Assembly (NCBI GenBank): GCA_943914835.1
Contig: CALUDO010000001.1
Location: forward strand, 125,608 to 189,607
Source of the DNA: an uncultured Eremococcus sp.
GTDB taxonomy: Bacteria; Bacillota; Bacilli; Lactobacillales; Aerococcaceae
Direction of reading: 5' to 3'
Length of the DNA stretch: 64,000 nt
The notes under the pieces: generated by a model
Told to the model about the DNA's origin: nothing
What the model saw: the letters and a program-made list of their open reading frames with translations, nothing else
The model's database searches: none
Position numbers and translations under genes: made by a program
Shown here: piece after piece, positions 19,192 through 29,114 of the stretch
Layout: each line of letters starts with the position of its first letter
Position numbering within the stretch: position 1 is the stretch's first letter

Positions 19192-19422
19192 ATGCCTATG
19201 CGACGATCCGCTTTAACGCATATTATCCAACGTTTGGAGCTTATGCAAAGAAGTCATCATGAAGAGCTTCGTCGGTTTGAGGCTCATGGTTTAGAAAAGT
19301 GCTTGGTGGAGTACCATCCACAGGATCAGATTTTTCTAGTTCATGATTTAGACCGTCAGGCTACCTACTCTTTTGATAATATAGATTTAGTAGCCATTGA
19401 AATTTATGAATTATTAGGCTAA
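19192..19422 (+). CDS. Hypothetical small cytoplasmic protein (76 aa)
   Basis: ORF with GGTGGAAG SD, followed by a hairpin terminator. I do not recognise a family. Confidence 0.45.
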   Translation: MPMRRSALTHIIQRLELMQRSHHEELRRFEAHGLEKCLVEYHPQDQIFLVHDLDRQATYSFDNIDLVAIEIYELLG

Positions 19423-19428
19423 TTGACT

Positions 19429-19462
19429 AAGAGACTGAGACGGTGTCCAGTCTCTTTACTAT
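19429..19462 (+). terminator. Intrinsic terminator
   Basis: AAGAGACTG-N10-CAGTCTCTT followed by a T-rich tail. Confidence 0.5.
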
Positions 19463-19539
19463 ATTCTAGTGAAAGAGTTTAAAGGTTGGTAAATATTTGA
19501 TAAGATAATAACATTCATATGACAGGTAAAGGAGTATTT

Positions 19540-20067
19540 ATGGACCGATTATTTAAACCGACTTGGCTCATGGAGTCGATTTATGATTTGAAGCCAGAGG
19601 AACTTAAAGAGAGGGGACTTAAGGGACTTATTATTGATTTGGATAATACATTATTAGCTTGGGATGAGTTGGAAGCCAGTCCACGTTTGATCTCTTGGGT
19701 ATCAATAATGAACCAAGCAGGAGTCAAAGTCTACCTCCTGTCCAATAATAAACCAGACAGGGTCTCTCGGGTGGCTGCTCCCTTGGAATTAAGTTTCGCC
19801 GCCTCCGCTTTAAAGCCCTTAAAGAAACAATTTATAAAAGCGTTGATGGATATGAACCTGGCTAAGGATCAAGTGGCTGTGGTTGGGGATCAAGTCATGA
19901 CTGATGTACTTGGAGCCAATCGGGTTGGACTCCAGTCTATTTTGGTTAAACCCATTGTAGAAAGTGATAATATATATACCAAATTTAATCGACAAATTGA
20001 AAAAGGAGTACTAAAGACTCTAGGAATTAGTAAACAAGATAATTGGGGGCATGGATTGAATGACTGA
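19540..20067 (+). CDS. yqeG: HAD-IIIA phosphatase YqeG
   Basis: LIIDLDNTL (DxDxT) motif. ATG 19540 follows AAAGGAG; the ORF track starts at 19519. Confidence 0.8.
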   Translation: MDRLFKPTWLMESIYDLKPEELKERGLKGLIIDLDNTLLAWDELEASPRLISWVSIMNQAGVKVYLLSNNKPDRVSRVAAPLELSFAASALKPLKKQFIKALMDMNLAKDQVAVVGDQVMTDVLGANRVGLQSILVKPIVESDNIYTKFNRQIEKGVLKTLGISKQDNWGHGLND

Positions 20068-21202
20068 GACTAATAAAGTAGCTGAAGATAAGCAAAAATC
20101 ATACCAGTGTATTGGTTGTGGGGCTGAAATTCAAACAGACCATCCAGATCAACCTGGCTTCCTGCCAAAGAAGGCTCTAGAAAAAGGTCAGGGTGGAGAT
20201 GGTTTCTATTGTCAACGGTGTTTTCGTTTAAGACATTATAATGAATTGCAAGACTATAAGATTTCGGATGATTATTTCTTAGAACAAGTGAGCAGAATTG
20301 CCGAAGATCCTCAAGCTTACGTCCTTCATTTAATTGATATTTGTGATATAGAAGGGACGCTCCTACATGGAATAGAGCGGATGACAGGCGGCTGTCCCTT
20401 TAGTGTGGTTGCTAATAAGGTAGACCTCTTGCCTAAGTCCTTAAAGCTTAATCGAATCCATACACGTTTACAGGCTCTTTTAAAGGATCAAGGTCTTTAT
20501 CCTCAAGATATTCTTATGATGAGTGCCAAGCAAATGCATTACTTAGACAGTTTAAGAGACTATTTAACGGACCTGCTGCAAACTTATAATGTTTACTTGG
20601 TCGGTGTGACAAATGTGGGTAAGTCCTCTTTAATTAATCAATTACTAGCAGGGCTTGGAGGAGATAAGGAATTAATTACCACGTCCAATGTTCCAGGAAC
20701 GACCCTTGATTTTATTGATATTCCCTTAACAGACGACCATTTCTTGGTTGATACCCCAGGGATTATTCAAAAAGAGCAAGTAACCCGGTATATTTCTAAA
20801 GACTCTATCAAAAAAGTCTTGCCAGGTCAGACTCTGAAACCACGTAGCTTCCAATTGCAGCCTGGACAAACTATTTTTTTGGCTGGCTTGGGGCGGGTGG
20901 ATTTTTTAGAGGGGGAGCGAACAAGTTTCACCTATTATGTATCGAATAATCTAGTCCTACATCGTAGCAAAATTGAAAAGGCCAATGACTTGTATCTTAA
21001 GCACCTTGGAGACCTATTGAGCCCACCCAATCAGAAGGACCTTGAGAGTTTTCCAGAACTGAGGTCGGTAGACATAAGTTTGAATTCTGATCAAGAACTA
21101 GCCATAGCCGGCCTAGGTTGGGTCAGTGTCAATCAAAAAGTGACCCTCCGACTCTATTTACCTAAACCAGTTTCTTATGCGGTGCGGCCGGCTTTAATCT
21201 AG
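20060..21202 (+). CDS. yqeH: Ribosome biogenesis GTPase YqeH (circularly permuted GTPase with N-terminal zinc ribbon)
   Basis: CIGCG...CQRC zinc ribbon, then G4-G1-G3 permuted order (NKVDLL...GVTNVGKSSLIN...DTPG). Confidence 0.85.
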   Translation: MTETNKVAEDKQKSYQCIGCGAEIQTDHPDQPGFLPKKALEKGQGGDGFYCQRCFRLRHYNELQDYKISDDYFLEQVSRIAEDPQAYVLHLIDICDIEGTLLHGIERMTGGCPFSVVANKVDLLPKSLKLNRIHTRLQALLKDQGLYPQDILMMSAKQMHYLDSLRDYLTDLLQTYNVYLVGVTNVGKSSLINQLLAGLGGDKELITTSNVPGTTLDFIDIPLTDDHFLVDTPGIIQKEQVTRYISKDSIKKVLPGQTLKPRSFQLQPGQTIFLAGLGRVDFLEGERTSFTYYVSNNLVLHRSKIEKANDLYLKHLGDLLSPPNQKDLESFPELRSVDISLNSDQELAIAGLGWVSVNQKVTLRLYLPKPVSYAVRPALI

Positions 21203-21235
21203 TCAGGTGTTTATATGTTAAGAAAGGATGATTAA

Positions 21236-21547
21236 ATGACTTTATCAAAGAATCAGATGAAATATTTGCGACGAGCCTCACATGAGGAGAAGGCCTTGTT
21301 TCAAATGGGCAAAAATGGTCTATCAGAATCATTCATTGACCAAATTGATCAAGCTTTAGAGAAACGAGAGCTGATTAAATTTAACCTTCTACAAAATACG
21401 GATGAAAGTTTAGAATCTGTGGCTGAGCAAATTGCTAGTGATTTAGGGGCTATTGTAGTGCAAACAATTGGGTCGACAGCCATTTTATATCGGCCTGCCA
21501 GTCAAGCAAAGCATCAGGATTTATCCTTGCGCTTAAAGCATATTTAG
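21236..21547 (+). CDS. yhbY: CRM-domain RNA-binding protein YhbY
   Basis: 103 aa with a CRS1/YhbY domain (LRRASHEEKALFQMGKNGLS...). Confidence 0.85.
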   Translation: MTLSKNQMKYLRRASHEEKALFQMGKNGLSESFIDQIDQALEKRELIKFNLLQNTDESLESVAEQIASDLGAIVVQTIGSTAILYRPASQAKHQDLSLRLKHI

Positions 21548-21556
21548 GAGCCGACT

Positions 21557-22237
21557 ATGACTTGTAAGGATCAACCGACCCTAACTCTTGTTAATGACCC
21601 TGATCTTGACTGGGCCCAACACAGTTTGGCTGAATTGGAAAGTAGTTTGAAGGATAATCAACGACGACGGATTGGAATTTTGGGTGGAACCTTTAACCCT
21701 CCCCATTTAGGACATCTCTTAATGGCAGAGCAGGTAGGGAATCAGTTGGAATTAGATGAAGTATGGTTTATGCCCACTGCCAAACCCCCGCACGCTCCAG
21801 GGAAGAAAACGATTGCCGCTCAACATCGATTGGCTATGTTACAGTTAGCCATTCAGGACAACCCTTTGTTTAAGCTTCAAGCCTATGAAGTTAATCGGGG
21901 AGGCAAGAATTATACAGTGGATACTATGCGCCATTTTCAGCAGAAGTATCCCGAAAGTGATTTTTATTTTATTATTGGGATGGATTCTGCTAATGATTTA
22001 GGGACTTGGCGAAATATAGAGGAACTGGTTAATCTGACTCAGTTAGTGGGGGTTACCCGACCGGGGCAGCCTCCTTATCAGGGACCCTATCCTATTTTGT
22101 GGGTAGATTCACCTATGGTAGACCTTTCGTCTACGGAAATTCGATTGAGAGTTTATTTGGAGCAGTCCATTAAATATCAGGTTCCTAAAGCAGTCGAAGC
22201 GTATATATATGAGCATCATTTATACATTATGGGGTAA
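21557..22237 (+). CDS. nadD: Nicotinate-nucleotide adenylyltransferase
   Basis: GILGGTFNPPHLGH (HxGH) motif. The ORF-track start gives an unusual extension of about 37 aa; a TTG at about 21650 is an alternative start. Confidence 0.85.
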   Translation: MTCKDQPTLTLVNDPDLDWAQHSLAELESSLKDNQRRRIGILGGTFNPPHLGHLLMAEQVGNQLELDEVWFMPTAKPPHAPGKKTIAAQHRLAMLQLAIQDNPLFKLQAYEVNRGGKNYTVDTMRHFQQKYPESDFYFIIGMDSANDLGTWRNIEELVNLTQLVGVTRPGQPPYQGPYPILWVDSPMVDLSSTEIRLRVYLEQSIKYQVPKAVEAYIYEHHLYIMG

Positions 22238-22242
22238 GATAG

Positions 22243-22848
22243 ATGGATTATAGCCAAAATTATATTAATATTAGTCGGGATAACTTGTTAGACATTGTTC
22301 GAAGCAAGGTTAGCCAGGATCGTTTTGATCACATACTAAGAGTTGAAGAGATGGCATTGAAGTTAGCGCGGCTGTATAAACAGGATTTGGAGGCTGCTTC
22401 GGTTGCAGCCTTAATGCACGACATGGCTAAGGAAATGGATGGGGATTTTATGTATGAGCTTGCAGAGGCCTATACGGAAAATCCAAAAATTAAGGAAGGA
22501 AACCCAGCTATTTGGCACGGTCCAGCTGCAGCTCAGTTGGCTCTGAATCAGTATGGTCTAACAGATCAAACCATCCTGGAAGCCATCGCTTGTCATACCC
22601 TTGGGGCCCCAGTATCCAATACCTTGGCTAAGATTATCTATACAGCTGATTACGTGGAAGCTGGCCGTGATTTTAAAGGGGTAGATAAGGCTCGTCAGTT
22701 AGTAATAGATAATTTAGATGAGGCCTGTTTGTATCAAATGGCTGAAACTCTTAAATATTTGGCTAAGAAACGAAGAAAAATATATTATGAAAGTGTAGAA
22801 ACCTATAACACGTGGTTGGATTGGATGAGTTCAAAGGAGGATTTATGA
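22243..22848 (+). CDS. yqeK: HD-domain bis(5'-nucleosyl)-tetraphosphatase YqeK
   Basis: HD motif (H..RV...AL..HDMAK). Confidence 0.8.
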   Translation: MDYSQNYINISRDNLLDIVRSKVSQDRFDHILRVEEMALKLARLYKQDLEAASVAALMHDMAKEMDGDFMYELAEAYTENPKIKEGNPAIWHGPAAAQLALNQYGLTDQTILEAIACHTLGAPVSNTLAKIIYTADYVEAGRDFKGVDKARQLVIDNLDEACLYQMAETLKYLAKKRRKIYYESVETYNTWLDWMSSKEDL

Positions 22849-23207
22849 CGGATATACTGAAGAAAGTGGAGACACTCGTGAGAGCAGCTGATGACCGTTT
22901 GGCAAGTGATATTGAGGTTTTAGAGGTGAAAGATTTAACACCCTTAGCTGACTATTTTGTGGTTATGTCGGTTAAAAATGATCGTCAGTTGGATGCTATC
23001 GTTCAAGCAGTAACTGAAGCAGCTGAGGAGAATAAGATTGATATTAAAGATATTGAAGGAAAACGCTCTGGCCGTTGGATACTCATCGATTGTTATGATA
23101 TTGTCATTCATGTTTTTAATTATGAGGAGCGGAGCCACTATAATCTCGAGAATATTTGGAAGGATGCGCCCACGATAAATATTGAAGAATGGCTGACTGA
23201 TAAATGA
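22845..23207 (+). CDS. rsfS: Ribosomal silencing factor RsfS
   Basis: MTDILKKVETLVRAADDRLASDIEVLEV... ATG 22845 follows AAGGAGG and overlaps the yqeK stop (ATGA). Confidence 0.85.
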   Translation: MTDILKKVETLVRAADDRLASDIEVLEVKDLTPLADYFVVMSVKNDRQLDAIVQAVTEAAEENKIDIKDIEGKRSGRWILIDCYDIVIHVFNYEERSHYNLENIWKDAPTINIEEWLTDK

Positions 23208-23953
23208 CCTTCTCCAAGTTAGCCAAATTCTATAATCAGGTTAATGAGTTGGAAAGTTATGACACCTGGTTAGATTTTACTCTTGATCAGGTGACTGGAC
23301 CCCCGAAAGCAGCTTTAGATTTAGCTTGTGGAACTGGCTACTTCACCTGCATGTGGGCCTCTTTTTGTCAGAACTTAATTGGACTTGATTTAGATTCGAC
23401 TATGATTGAGGTGGCTAAAGCTGATGGAAAGGATTATGCAAATGTAAGTTTCCAGGTAGGAGATATGCGGAACTTATCCTTTGAAGAGGCTTCCTTTGAT
23501 TGTATTACCTGCTACCTTGATTCCTTATGCTTCTTACCTTCTTTAGAAGATCTTCAAGATTGTTTTCGAGAGGTTTACCGGGTCTTACAAGAGGGAGGGC
23601 ATTTTTTCTTTGATGTTTGGACTCCTAATTTTTTGCTAGAGTTTTTTGATGATTTCATCAATGTTGAATCCTTTGAAGATGGCCATCTTATATGGCAAAG
23701 TCAGGTTAGCCCTAAAAATCTATCTGTCCATCATCAATTACTTGCTTATGAATTGATGGATAAGCATGGATCAGAAGCTGTTTTTCGGCAAACAAGGACG
23801 AATTTGTATGAGAAGACCTACCCTTTAGCTGATTATTTTGCTGCCTTGGAGGGAGCGGGATTTGATAGGAGATTCATTATGCTTTTTCCAGATTTCAACT
23901 CGGCTAAGGATGATAATCAAGCGGCACGCTGGGTCTTCAAAATAACCAAATAG
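23204..23953 (+). CDS. Class I SAM-dependent methyltransferase (YqeM-like)
   Basis: LDLACGTGYFT motif I. Position matches the B. subtilis yqeG-to-yqeM gene order. Confidence 0.7.
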   Translation: MTFSKLAKFYNQVNELESYDTWLDFTLDQVTGPPKAALDLACGTGYFTCMWASFCQNLIGLDLDSTMIEVAKADGKDYANVSFQVGDMRNLSFEEASFDCITCYLDSLCFLPSLEDLQDCFREVYRVLQEGGHFFFDVWTPNFLLEFFDDFINVESFEDGHLIWQSQVSPKNLSVHHQLLAYELMDKHGSEAVFRQTRTNLYEKTYPLADYFAALEGAGFDRRFIMLFPDFNSAKDDNQAARWVFKITK

Positions 23954-23967
23954 GAGAGAAATAAACG

Positions 23968-25149
23968 ATGCAGGCGTTTGGTGTTATAACGGAATACAAT
24001 CCCTTCCATTTGGGGCATGCCTATCAACTTAATAACTTTAGAAAGGATGCAGGCTCTGATTTACTAATGGTTCTCATGTCCGGTAATGTCGTTCAACGGG
24101 GTGAGTTCGCCATAGTGGATAAGTGGATGCGGGCAGAGATGGCCTTAAAGGGAGGGGCCGATCTTGTAGTTGAAGCTCCTTTACTATCGAGTCTTCAAGC
24201 AGCGGATGAATTTGCCAAGGTCAATGTTAGTCTCTTGGACCGCCTAGGCTGTCAGACTTTTGGCTTTGGGGCTGAAAGTGCTGATTTAGGTGACTTTAAA
24301 TACTATTTAGCCTTTCTGGATTCCCATCAAACTGAAATCGACCAAGAAGTTCAGCTGTTTTTGAAGGAAGGGTTATCTTATGCGGCGGCTTTTCACCAAG
24401 CTGTTCTGAAGGTAGGGTGGCAATTAAAGCGTGATGTAAACAGTTTAAATAAGATGGCTTTGCCCAATCATATGCTGGGCATCCAATATCTATTAGCCAA
24501 TCAAGAACTGGATGCAAGCATGTCGGTCAAAGTATTAACTCGCAGAAAGTTTCTTCAGGGACAGGCCCTATCTTCTGGAAGTCAGATTAGAAATGATTTA
24601 CTTCAAGGTAAGCATCCTAGTCAACTTCCTCTTCCTGATACAAGTCAAAAACTTATCTGCCAAGCTAGCTTAGTCACATGGAGTGATTATTTTCCCCTAT
24701 TACGTTACCAACTTTTTCTTCATACGCCAAAGTCTTTAAGTCAAATTTTTGGAGTCCGTGAAGGCATTGAGTACCGACTTTTGAAAGAAGTCAATCGACA
24801 AAAAGATTATTCCTCATATATTGACAGTTTGACTTCCAAACGGTGGACTCAGTCTTCACTGCAAAGAATTTTGTTAGCTGTTCTCCTAAATATAACTTGG
24901 GATGATTGGCTAGCTTACAAGCATAATTTCTGGAAGAATCCCTATTTACGTGTCTTGGCTTTCAATTCGAAGGGGAGGCAATATTTGAATGAAATGCGCT
25001 CACAATCAAGTCTTCATTTATTTACCAACCTGAGAGAAGGCTACATGGCATACAGTTTGAATCTAAAGGCAGATCGTATTTATCATTTAAATCCACGTCA
25101 GTTCGTTCTTGATCAAATTCATGGACGGTATCCAATAATTAGAGACTAA
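23968..25149 (+). CDS. tmcAL: tRNA(Met) cytidine acetate ligase TmcAL (YlbM family nucleotidyltransferase)
   Basis: N-terminal GVITEYNPFHLGH HxGH-type nucleotidyltransferase motif; about 390 aa. Confidence 0.7.
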   Translation: MQAFGVITEYNPFHLGHAYQLNNFRKDAGSDLLMVLMSGNVVQRGEFAIVDKWMRAEMALKGGADLVVEAPLLSSLQAADEFAKVNVSLLDRLGCQTFGFGAESADLGDFKYYLAFLDSHQTEIDQEVQLFLKEGLSYAAAFHQAVLKVGWQLKRDVNSLNKMALPNHMLGIQYLLANQELDASMSVKVLTRRKFLQGQALSSGSQIRNDLLQGKHPSQLPLPDTSQKLICQASLVTWSDYFPLLRYQLFLHTPKSLSQIFGVREGIEYRLLKEVNRQKDYSSYIDSLTSKRWTQSSLQRILLAVLLNITWDDWLAYKHNFWKNPYLRVLAFNSKGRQYLNEMRSQSSLHLFTNLREGYMAYSLNLKADRIYHLNPRQFVLDQIHGRYPIIRD

Positions 25150-25213
25150 GAATGTTTTTAGGTTTTTAATATGGTATTATAATAGGTGTTCCTTGTTTTA
25201 ATAGAAAAAACAT

Positions 25214-25242
25214 TGACTTAAAGCTATGAATTTCATATAATA
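25214..25242 (+). promoter_or_regulatory. Consensus sigma-A promoter for yceD-rpmF (TTGACT-17-TATAAT)
   Basis: -35 TTGACT at 25214-25219, 17-nt spacer, -10 TATAAT at 25237-25242. Confidence 0.6.
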
Positions 25243-25267
25243 TTATGTGTTGTCTTGAGGTGAGAAA

Positions 25268-25813
25268 ATGAAGTGGACCATCAAAGAAATAAGAGATTAT
25301 CCAGAAGATATTCTATCCTTTAATGTTGACTTAAAACTAGCAAAATCTTTGAAAGCTATAAGGCAAGACATAATAGATGTTGACTATGTTCAAGTTCAAG
25401 GATATATATCTGATTTGAAGCAGGAAATTATTCTGCATGGAAATGTTGATGCTCGTTTGGTGTTACCTTCTTCTCGATCTTTGAGACCTGTTTCAGTAGA
25501 CTTGAAGCTTCCTTTAAGGGAACGTTATGTTTATCCAGGCCATGAAGGTAATCTGGAAGATTATGAAGAAACAACAATCACACTTGGATCGGATGAAATT
25601 GATTTGGATCAAGCAGTGGTTGATTTATTGGCCCTTAATGTTCCGATGAAGGTTCTTGCTGAGGATGAATCTGACCAGGATTTACCCAGAGGTAAAGATT
25701 GGAAAGTCTTAACTGAAGACCAATACATTCAACAAAGCATAGAGGAGAAGGCGAATTCGGTAGATCCTCGCTTGGAGAAGTTGAAGGCTCTTCTCGAAGA
25801 AGAAGATAATTGA
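25268..25813 (+). CDS. yceD: DUF177 protein YceD (large-subunit rRNA accumulation protein)
   Basis: 181-aa acidic protein immediately upstream of rpmF, as in the conserved yceD-rpmF operon. Confidence 0.75.
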   Translation: MKWTIKEIRDYPEDILSFNVDLKLAKSLKAIRQDIIDVDYVQVQGYISDLKQEIILHGNVDARLVLPSSRSLRPVSVDLKLPLRERYVYPGHEGNLEDYEETTITLGSDEIDLDQAVVDLLALNVPMKVLAEDESDQDLPRGKDWKVLTEDQYIQQSIEEKANSVDPRLEKLKALLEEEDN

Positions 25814-25838
25814 AAGATTAATTAGGAGGTGGATCCCC

Positions 25839-26009
25839 ATGGCAGTACCAAAACGTAAAACGTCTAAGGCTAAAAAACGTTCAAGACGTGGAAATAAGAA
25901 ATTAGCAATGCCAAATGTTTCTTTCGACCCAACTACTGGTCAATACCGCGTAGGTCACCGTGTTGACGAAAACGGTATGTATAATGGTCGTCAAGTGATT
26001 GAAAAATAA
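25839..26009 (+). CDS. rpmF: 50S ribosomal protein L32
   Basis: 56-aa [25 protein letters not shown]...; AGGAGGTGG SD. Absent from the ORF track because it is shorter than 60 aa. Confidence 0.9.
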   Translation: MAVPKRKTSKAKKRSRRGNKKLAMPNVSFDPTTGQYRVGHRVDENGMYNGRQVIEK

Positions 26010-26021
26010 TCAAGCAATCTA

Positions 26022-26050
26022 ACAGCCGGGGATTCTCTGGCTGTTTTTTA
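26022..26050 (+). terminator. Intrinsic terminator after rpmF
   Basis: ACAGCC-N11-GGCTGT followed by TTTTTT. Confidence 0.7.
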
Positions 26051-26061
26051 CAAAGCAAATT

Positions 26062-26081
26062 ATTTGACCTTTATTGACCAT
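26062..26081. promoter_or_regulatory. CtsR operator overlapping the clpP promoter
   Basis: The reverse complement reads GGTCAATAAAGGTCAAA, the CtsR heptad direct repeat A/GGTCAAA-NAN-A/GGTCAAA. It overlaps -35 TTGACC, with -10 TATACT 17 nt downstream. Confidence 0.55.
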
Positions 26082-26122
26082 TTTAATATACTCAGGAAGA
26101 TCTAAAGCTAAGGAGGAATATA

Positions 26123-26722
26123 ATGAATTTAGTACCTACAGTCATTGAACAAACATCCAGAGGCGAACGGGCTTATGATATTTATTCACGGCTACTTAAA
26201 GATAGAATTATCATGTTGAGTGGACCGGTTGATGATGCTATGGCTAATAGCGTTATAGCCCAATTACTATTCTTAGATGCCCAAGATCCAGATAAAGATA
26301 TTTACTTATATATTAATTCTCCTGGTGGATCAGTGACCGCTGGTTTAGCTATGTTTGATACCATGCGATTTATTAATGCGGATGTTCAAACTATAGTGAT
26401 AGGTATGGCGGCCTCAATGGGGTCAGTTCTGCTTGCAGCTGGAGACAAGGGTAAACGGTGGGCTTTACCGAATGCAGAAGTTATGATTCACCAACCCTTA
26501 GGTGGTGCCCAAGGACAAGCGACGGAAATTGAAATTGCTGCTAAACATATTTTACAAACTCGGGAGAAATTGAACCAAATTCTGAGTGATGCTTCGGGTC
26601 AACCCCTTGAAGTGATTGAAAAGGACACTGACCGTGATAACTTTATGACAGCCCAACAAGCACTAGATTATGGTTTAATTGACGGGATTATGGAAAGTGC
26701 CAAAAATTTAAGAGCTAAATAG
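26123..26722 (+). CDS. clpP: ATP-dependent Clp protease proteolytic subunit
   Basis: 199 aa with the GMAASMGS active-site Ser and the His/Asp motifs. Confidence 0.95.
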   Translation: MNLVPTVIEQTSRGERAYDIYSRLLKDRIIMLSGPVDDAMANSVIAQLLFLDAQDPDKDIYLYINSPGGSVTAGLAMFDTMRFINADVQTIVIGMAASMGSVLLAAGDKGKRWALPNAEVMIHQPLGGAQGQATEIEIAAKHILQTREKLNQILSDASGQPLEVIEKDTDRDNFMTAQQALDYGLIDGIMESAKNLRAK

Positions 26723-26733
26723 AAATAGATTAG

Positions 26734-26767
26734 AACCAGTAGACTTCATTGCTCTACTGGTTTTTTT
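26734..26767 (+). terminator. Intrinsic terminator after clpP
   Basis: AACCAGTAGA-N9-TCTACTGGTT followed by TTTTTTT. Confidence 0.8.
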
Positions 26768-26775
26768 AGGATTTG

Positions 26776-26832
26776 TTGGACATAAATTGTCCCTCGATCT
26801 ATTTAGGATGTCATATTAATTGCAAAGCATTA
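26776..26832 (+). promoter_or_regulatory. Putative CggR operator / gap operon promoter region
   Basis: Perfect palindrome GGACA-TAAAT-TGTCC at 26778-26792 and a second GGATGTCAT element at 26805-26813. They resemble the GGGACA/TGTC repeats of the B. subtilis CggR operator. Confidence 0.4.
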
Positions 26833-26948
26833 GACTAAATGATATGATAAAAGAGTAGAAAGTGATAAATATTTCACATCTACAGTTGATTCTAATGAAA
26901 TTTATGGACGAATATCGTCCAGAACGCTTTGGAGGAGGGCGATACATT

Positions 26949-27986
26949 TTGGATGTCTATAAGATGATTCAAAATCTTGTCCCTGAATTAAAGCCTCTGT
27001 TAACCGAGCGAATTAGCCTTATGCGTTATTTAGCAAATCAGTCTGAGAGAGTGGGAAGACAAGCGATTGCTGATGCTATTCATCTTAGCGAACGCCATAC
27101 TCGGTCTCTAATTCAAATTTTAAGAGAAGAGGATCTAGTAGAAGTGGACCGGTCAGGAGTTCAATTGACTCCAAAAGGAAATGCCTTGCTGGAGCATGTG
27201 AATGATTGGATGAATCACACTTCCGATTTAAGCTTAGATTATTTAGAAGCTAGTTTAAGAAATGCCCTCGGAATCAATGAAGTTTATCTGGTTGCGGGCG
27301 ATAGTCGTAAGGATGGTCAGGTCTTTGAAGAGATGAGTCTGCGAGTTCAAGGCTTGTTAAATGAACTACTTCCTGATAATTATCCATCAACGATAGCTGT
27401 CACGGGCGGTACTACATTGGCTGAGATTTCTAAGTATTTTACGCCAGCTTATAAGCAAGGCAAAGAGCTTACTTTTGTCCCTAGTAGGGGAGGCTTTCCT
27501 GGAAATTTTGATATTCAATCAAATAGTGTTTCAGGTTTGATGGCTAAACAATCTCAAGCAGCCTATGTACCTCTCTTTATACCTGACAATCTAACTGAAG
27601 CCGCTAGTCAGTTTATGATGGAAGAACCCTCTATTAAACGAGCCATTGACCTAGGCCGATCAGCTGATTGTCTCATCCTTTCTGTAGGCACAGCTAGTGT
27701 CATGGCTGAAAGACGGGAGATTAGTGAAGACCAAGCGGATGTCATCCAAGAGAGTCAGGCTGTTGGTGAAGCATTTGGAGCATTCTATGATCGACATGGC
27801 CAAGTCGTTATGCGGTATCCGCGGATAGGGTTAAAGATTGAAGATATTAATCAGATTCCAAATCTTATTGCGGTTGTCGGTGGAGCAGAAAAAGCAGAAG
27901 CAGTCAAAGCATTCTTTAAATTGGTAGCTCATCGTGGGATTTTAGTCTGTGATGAAGCACTAGCAAAACAGGTTTTGAATGGTTAA
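26949..27986 (+). CDS. cggR: Central glycolytic genes regulator CggR (SorC family)
   Basis: N-terminal wHTH plus a sugar-phosphate-binding domain, located upstream of gap-pgk-tpiA-gpmI-eno. The start is uncertain. TTG 26949 follows GGAGGAGGG. ATG 26964 and the ORF-track ATG 26862 are alternatives. Confidence 0.75.
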   Translation: MDVYKMIQNLVPELKPLLTERISLMRYLANQSERVGRQAIADAIHLSERHTRSLIQILREEDLVEVDRSGVQLTPKGNALLEHVNDWMNHTSDLSLDYLEASLRNALGINEVYLVAGDSRKDGQVFEEMSLRVQGLLNELLPDNYPSTIAVTGGTTLAEISKYFTPAYKQGKELTFVPSRGGFPGNFDIQSNSVSGLMAKQSQAAYVPLFIPDNLTEAASQFMMEEPSIKRAIDLGRSADCLILSVGTASVMAERREISEDQADVIQESQAVGEAFGAFYDRHGQVVMRYPRIGLKIEDINQIPNLIAVVGGAEKAEAVKAFFKLVAHRGILVCDEALAKQVLNG

Positions 27987-28022
27987 ATGCCATAAAAACA
28001 AAAATTCTAAGGAGGAATTATA

Positions 28023-29030
28023 ATGTCAGTGAAAGTTGCAATTAATGGGTTCGGTCGTATCGGTCGTTTAACCTTACGTCGAATTTTAGATACAGATTCT
28101 AATTTAGAAGTGGTAGCAGTCAATGATTTAACAGATAATGAAAATTTAGCTTACTTATTGAAATATGATACTGCACACGGTCGCTTCCCTTATTCAGTTG
28201 AATTAAGCGACAATGGCTTCCTAGTAGACGGTAAAGAAATTAAATCTTATGCCGAAAAAGATGCTAATAACCTTCCTTGGGGAGACCTAGATATTGATAT
28301 TGTATTAGAATGTACAGGTTTCTACACTTCTGCAGAAAAATCTCAAGCTCACTTAAACGCTGGAGCTAAACGTGTACTCATTTCTGCTCCTGCTAAAGAT
28401 ACAGAAACTAAAATGGTTGTTTTTGGAGTGAATGACGATGTCATTACAGCAGATGATAAGATTATCTCTGCAGCATCTTGTACAACCAATTCTTTAGCCC
28501 CAGTCGTTAAAGTATTACATGAACAATTCGGAATTAAGACTGGTAATATGGTGACTGTCCATGCATATACAGCGACTCAACCAACTCAGGACGCACCTAA
28601 TGCGAAATCTTACCGTTCTGGTAGAGCAGCGGCCCAAAATATTATTCCTGCTTCAACAGGTGCAGCTAAAGCCATTGGGCGTGTAATCCCTGAATTAAAT
28701 GGTCTTTTAAATGGTTCTGCCTTACGTGTACCTACCATTACTGGTTCACACACTATTCTTTACTCATTATTGAATAAGAACACCAGTGTTGAAGAAATTA
28801 ATTCAGCAATGAAGGCAGCCGAAACCGATTCATTTGCTTATAATGAAGATGATATTGTATCTTCTGATATCGTTGGTTTCAATTCTGGTTCAATCTTTGA
28901 TGCAACCCTAACAGAAATTCAAGAAGCAGAAGATGGTTCACAATTAGTTAAGACAGTAGCTTGGTACGATAATGAAGCTGGCTTTGTGTCTAATATGGTT
29001 CGGCTACTAGAAAAATTTGCTACACTATAA
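28023..29030 (+). CDS. gap: Glyceraldehyde-3-phosphate dehydrogenase
   Basis: NGFGRIGR and [10 protein letters not shown] motifs. Confidence 0.95.
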   Translation: MSVKVAINGFGRIGRLTLRRILDTDSNLEVVAVNDLTDNENLAYLLKYDTAHGRFPYSVELSDNGFLVDGKEIKSYAEKDANNLPWGDLDIDIVLECTGFYTSAEKSQAHLNAGAKRVLISAPAKDTETKMVVFGVNDDVITADDKIISAASCTTNSLAPVVKVLHEQFGIKTGNMVTVHAYTATQPTQDAPNAKSYRSGRAAAQNIIPASTGAAKAIGRVIPELNGLLNGSALRVPTITGSHTILYSLLNKNTSVEEINSAMKAAETDSFAYNEDDIVSSDIVGFNSGSIFDATLTEIQEAEDGSQLVKTVAWYDNEAGFVSNMVRLLEKFATL

Positions 29031-29114
29031 TTTGATGGGACATGATTGAGCCTGTCGTTCTATTTGGCGGGGAGGCTAGGGGCTTTCCTGCCTTCTTTAA
29101 TAAGGAGGAGAAAG

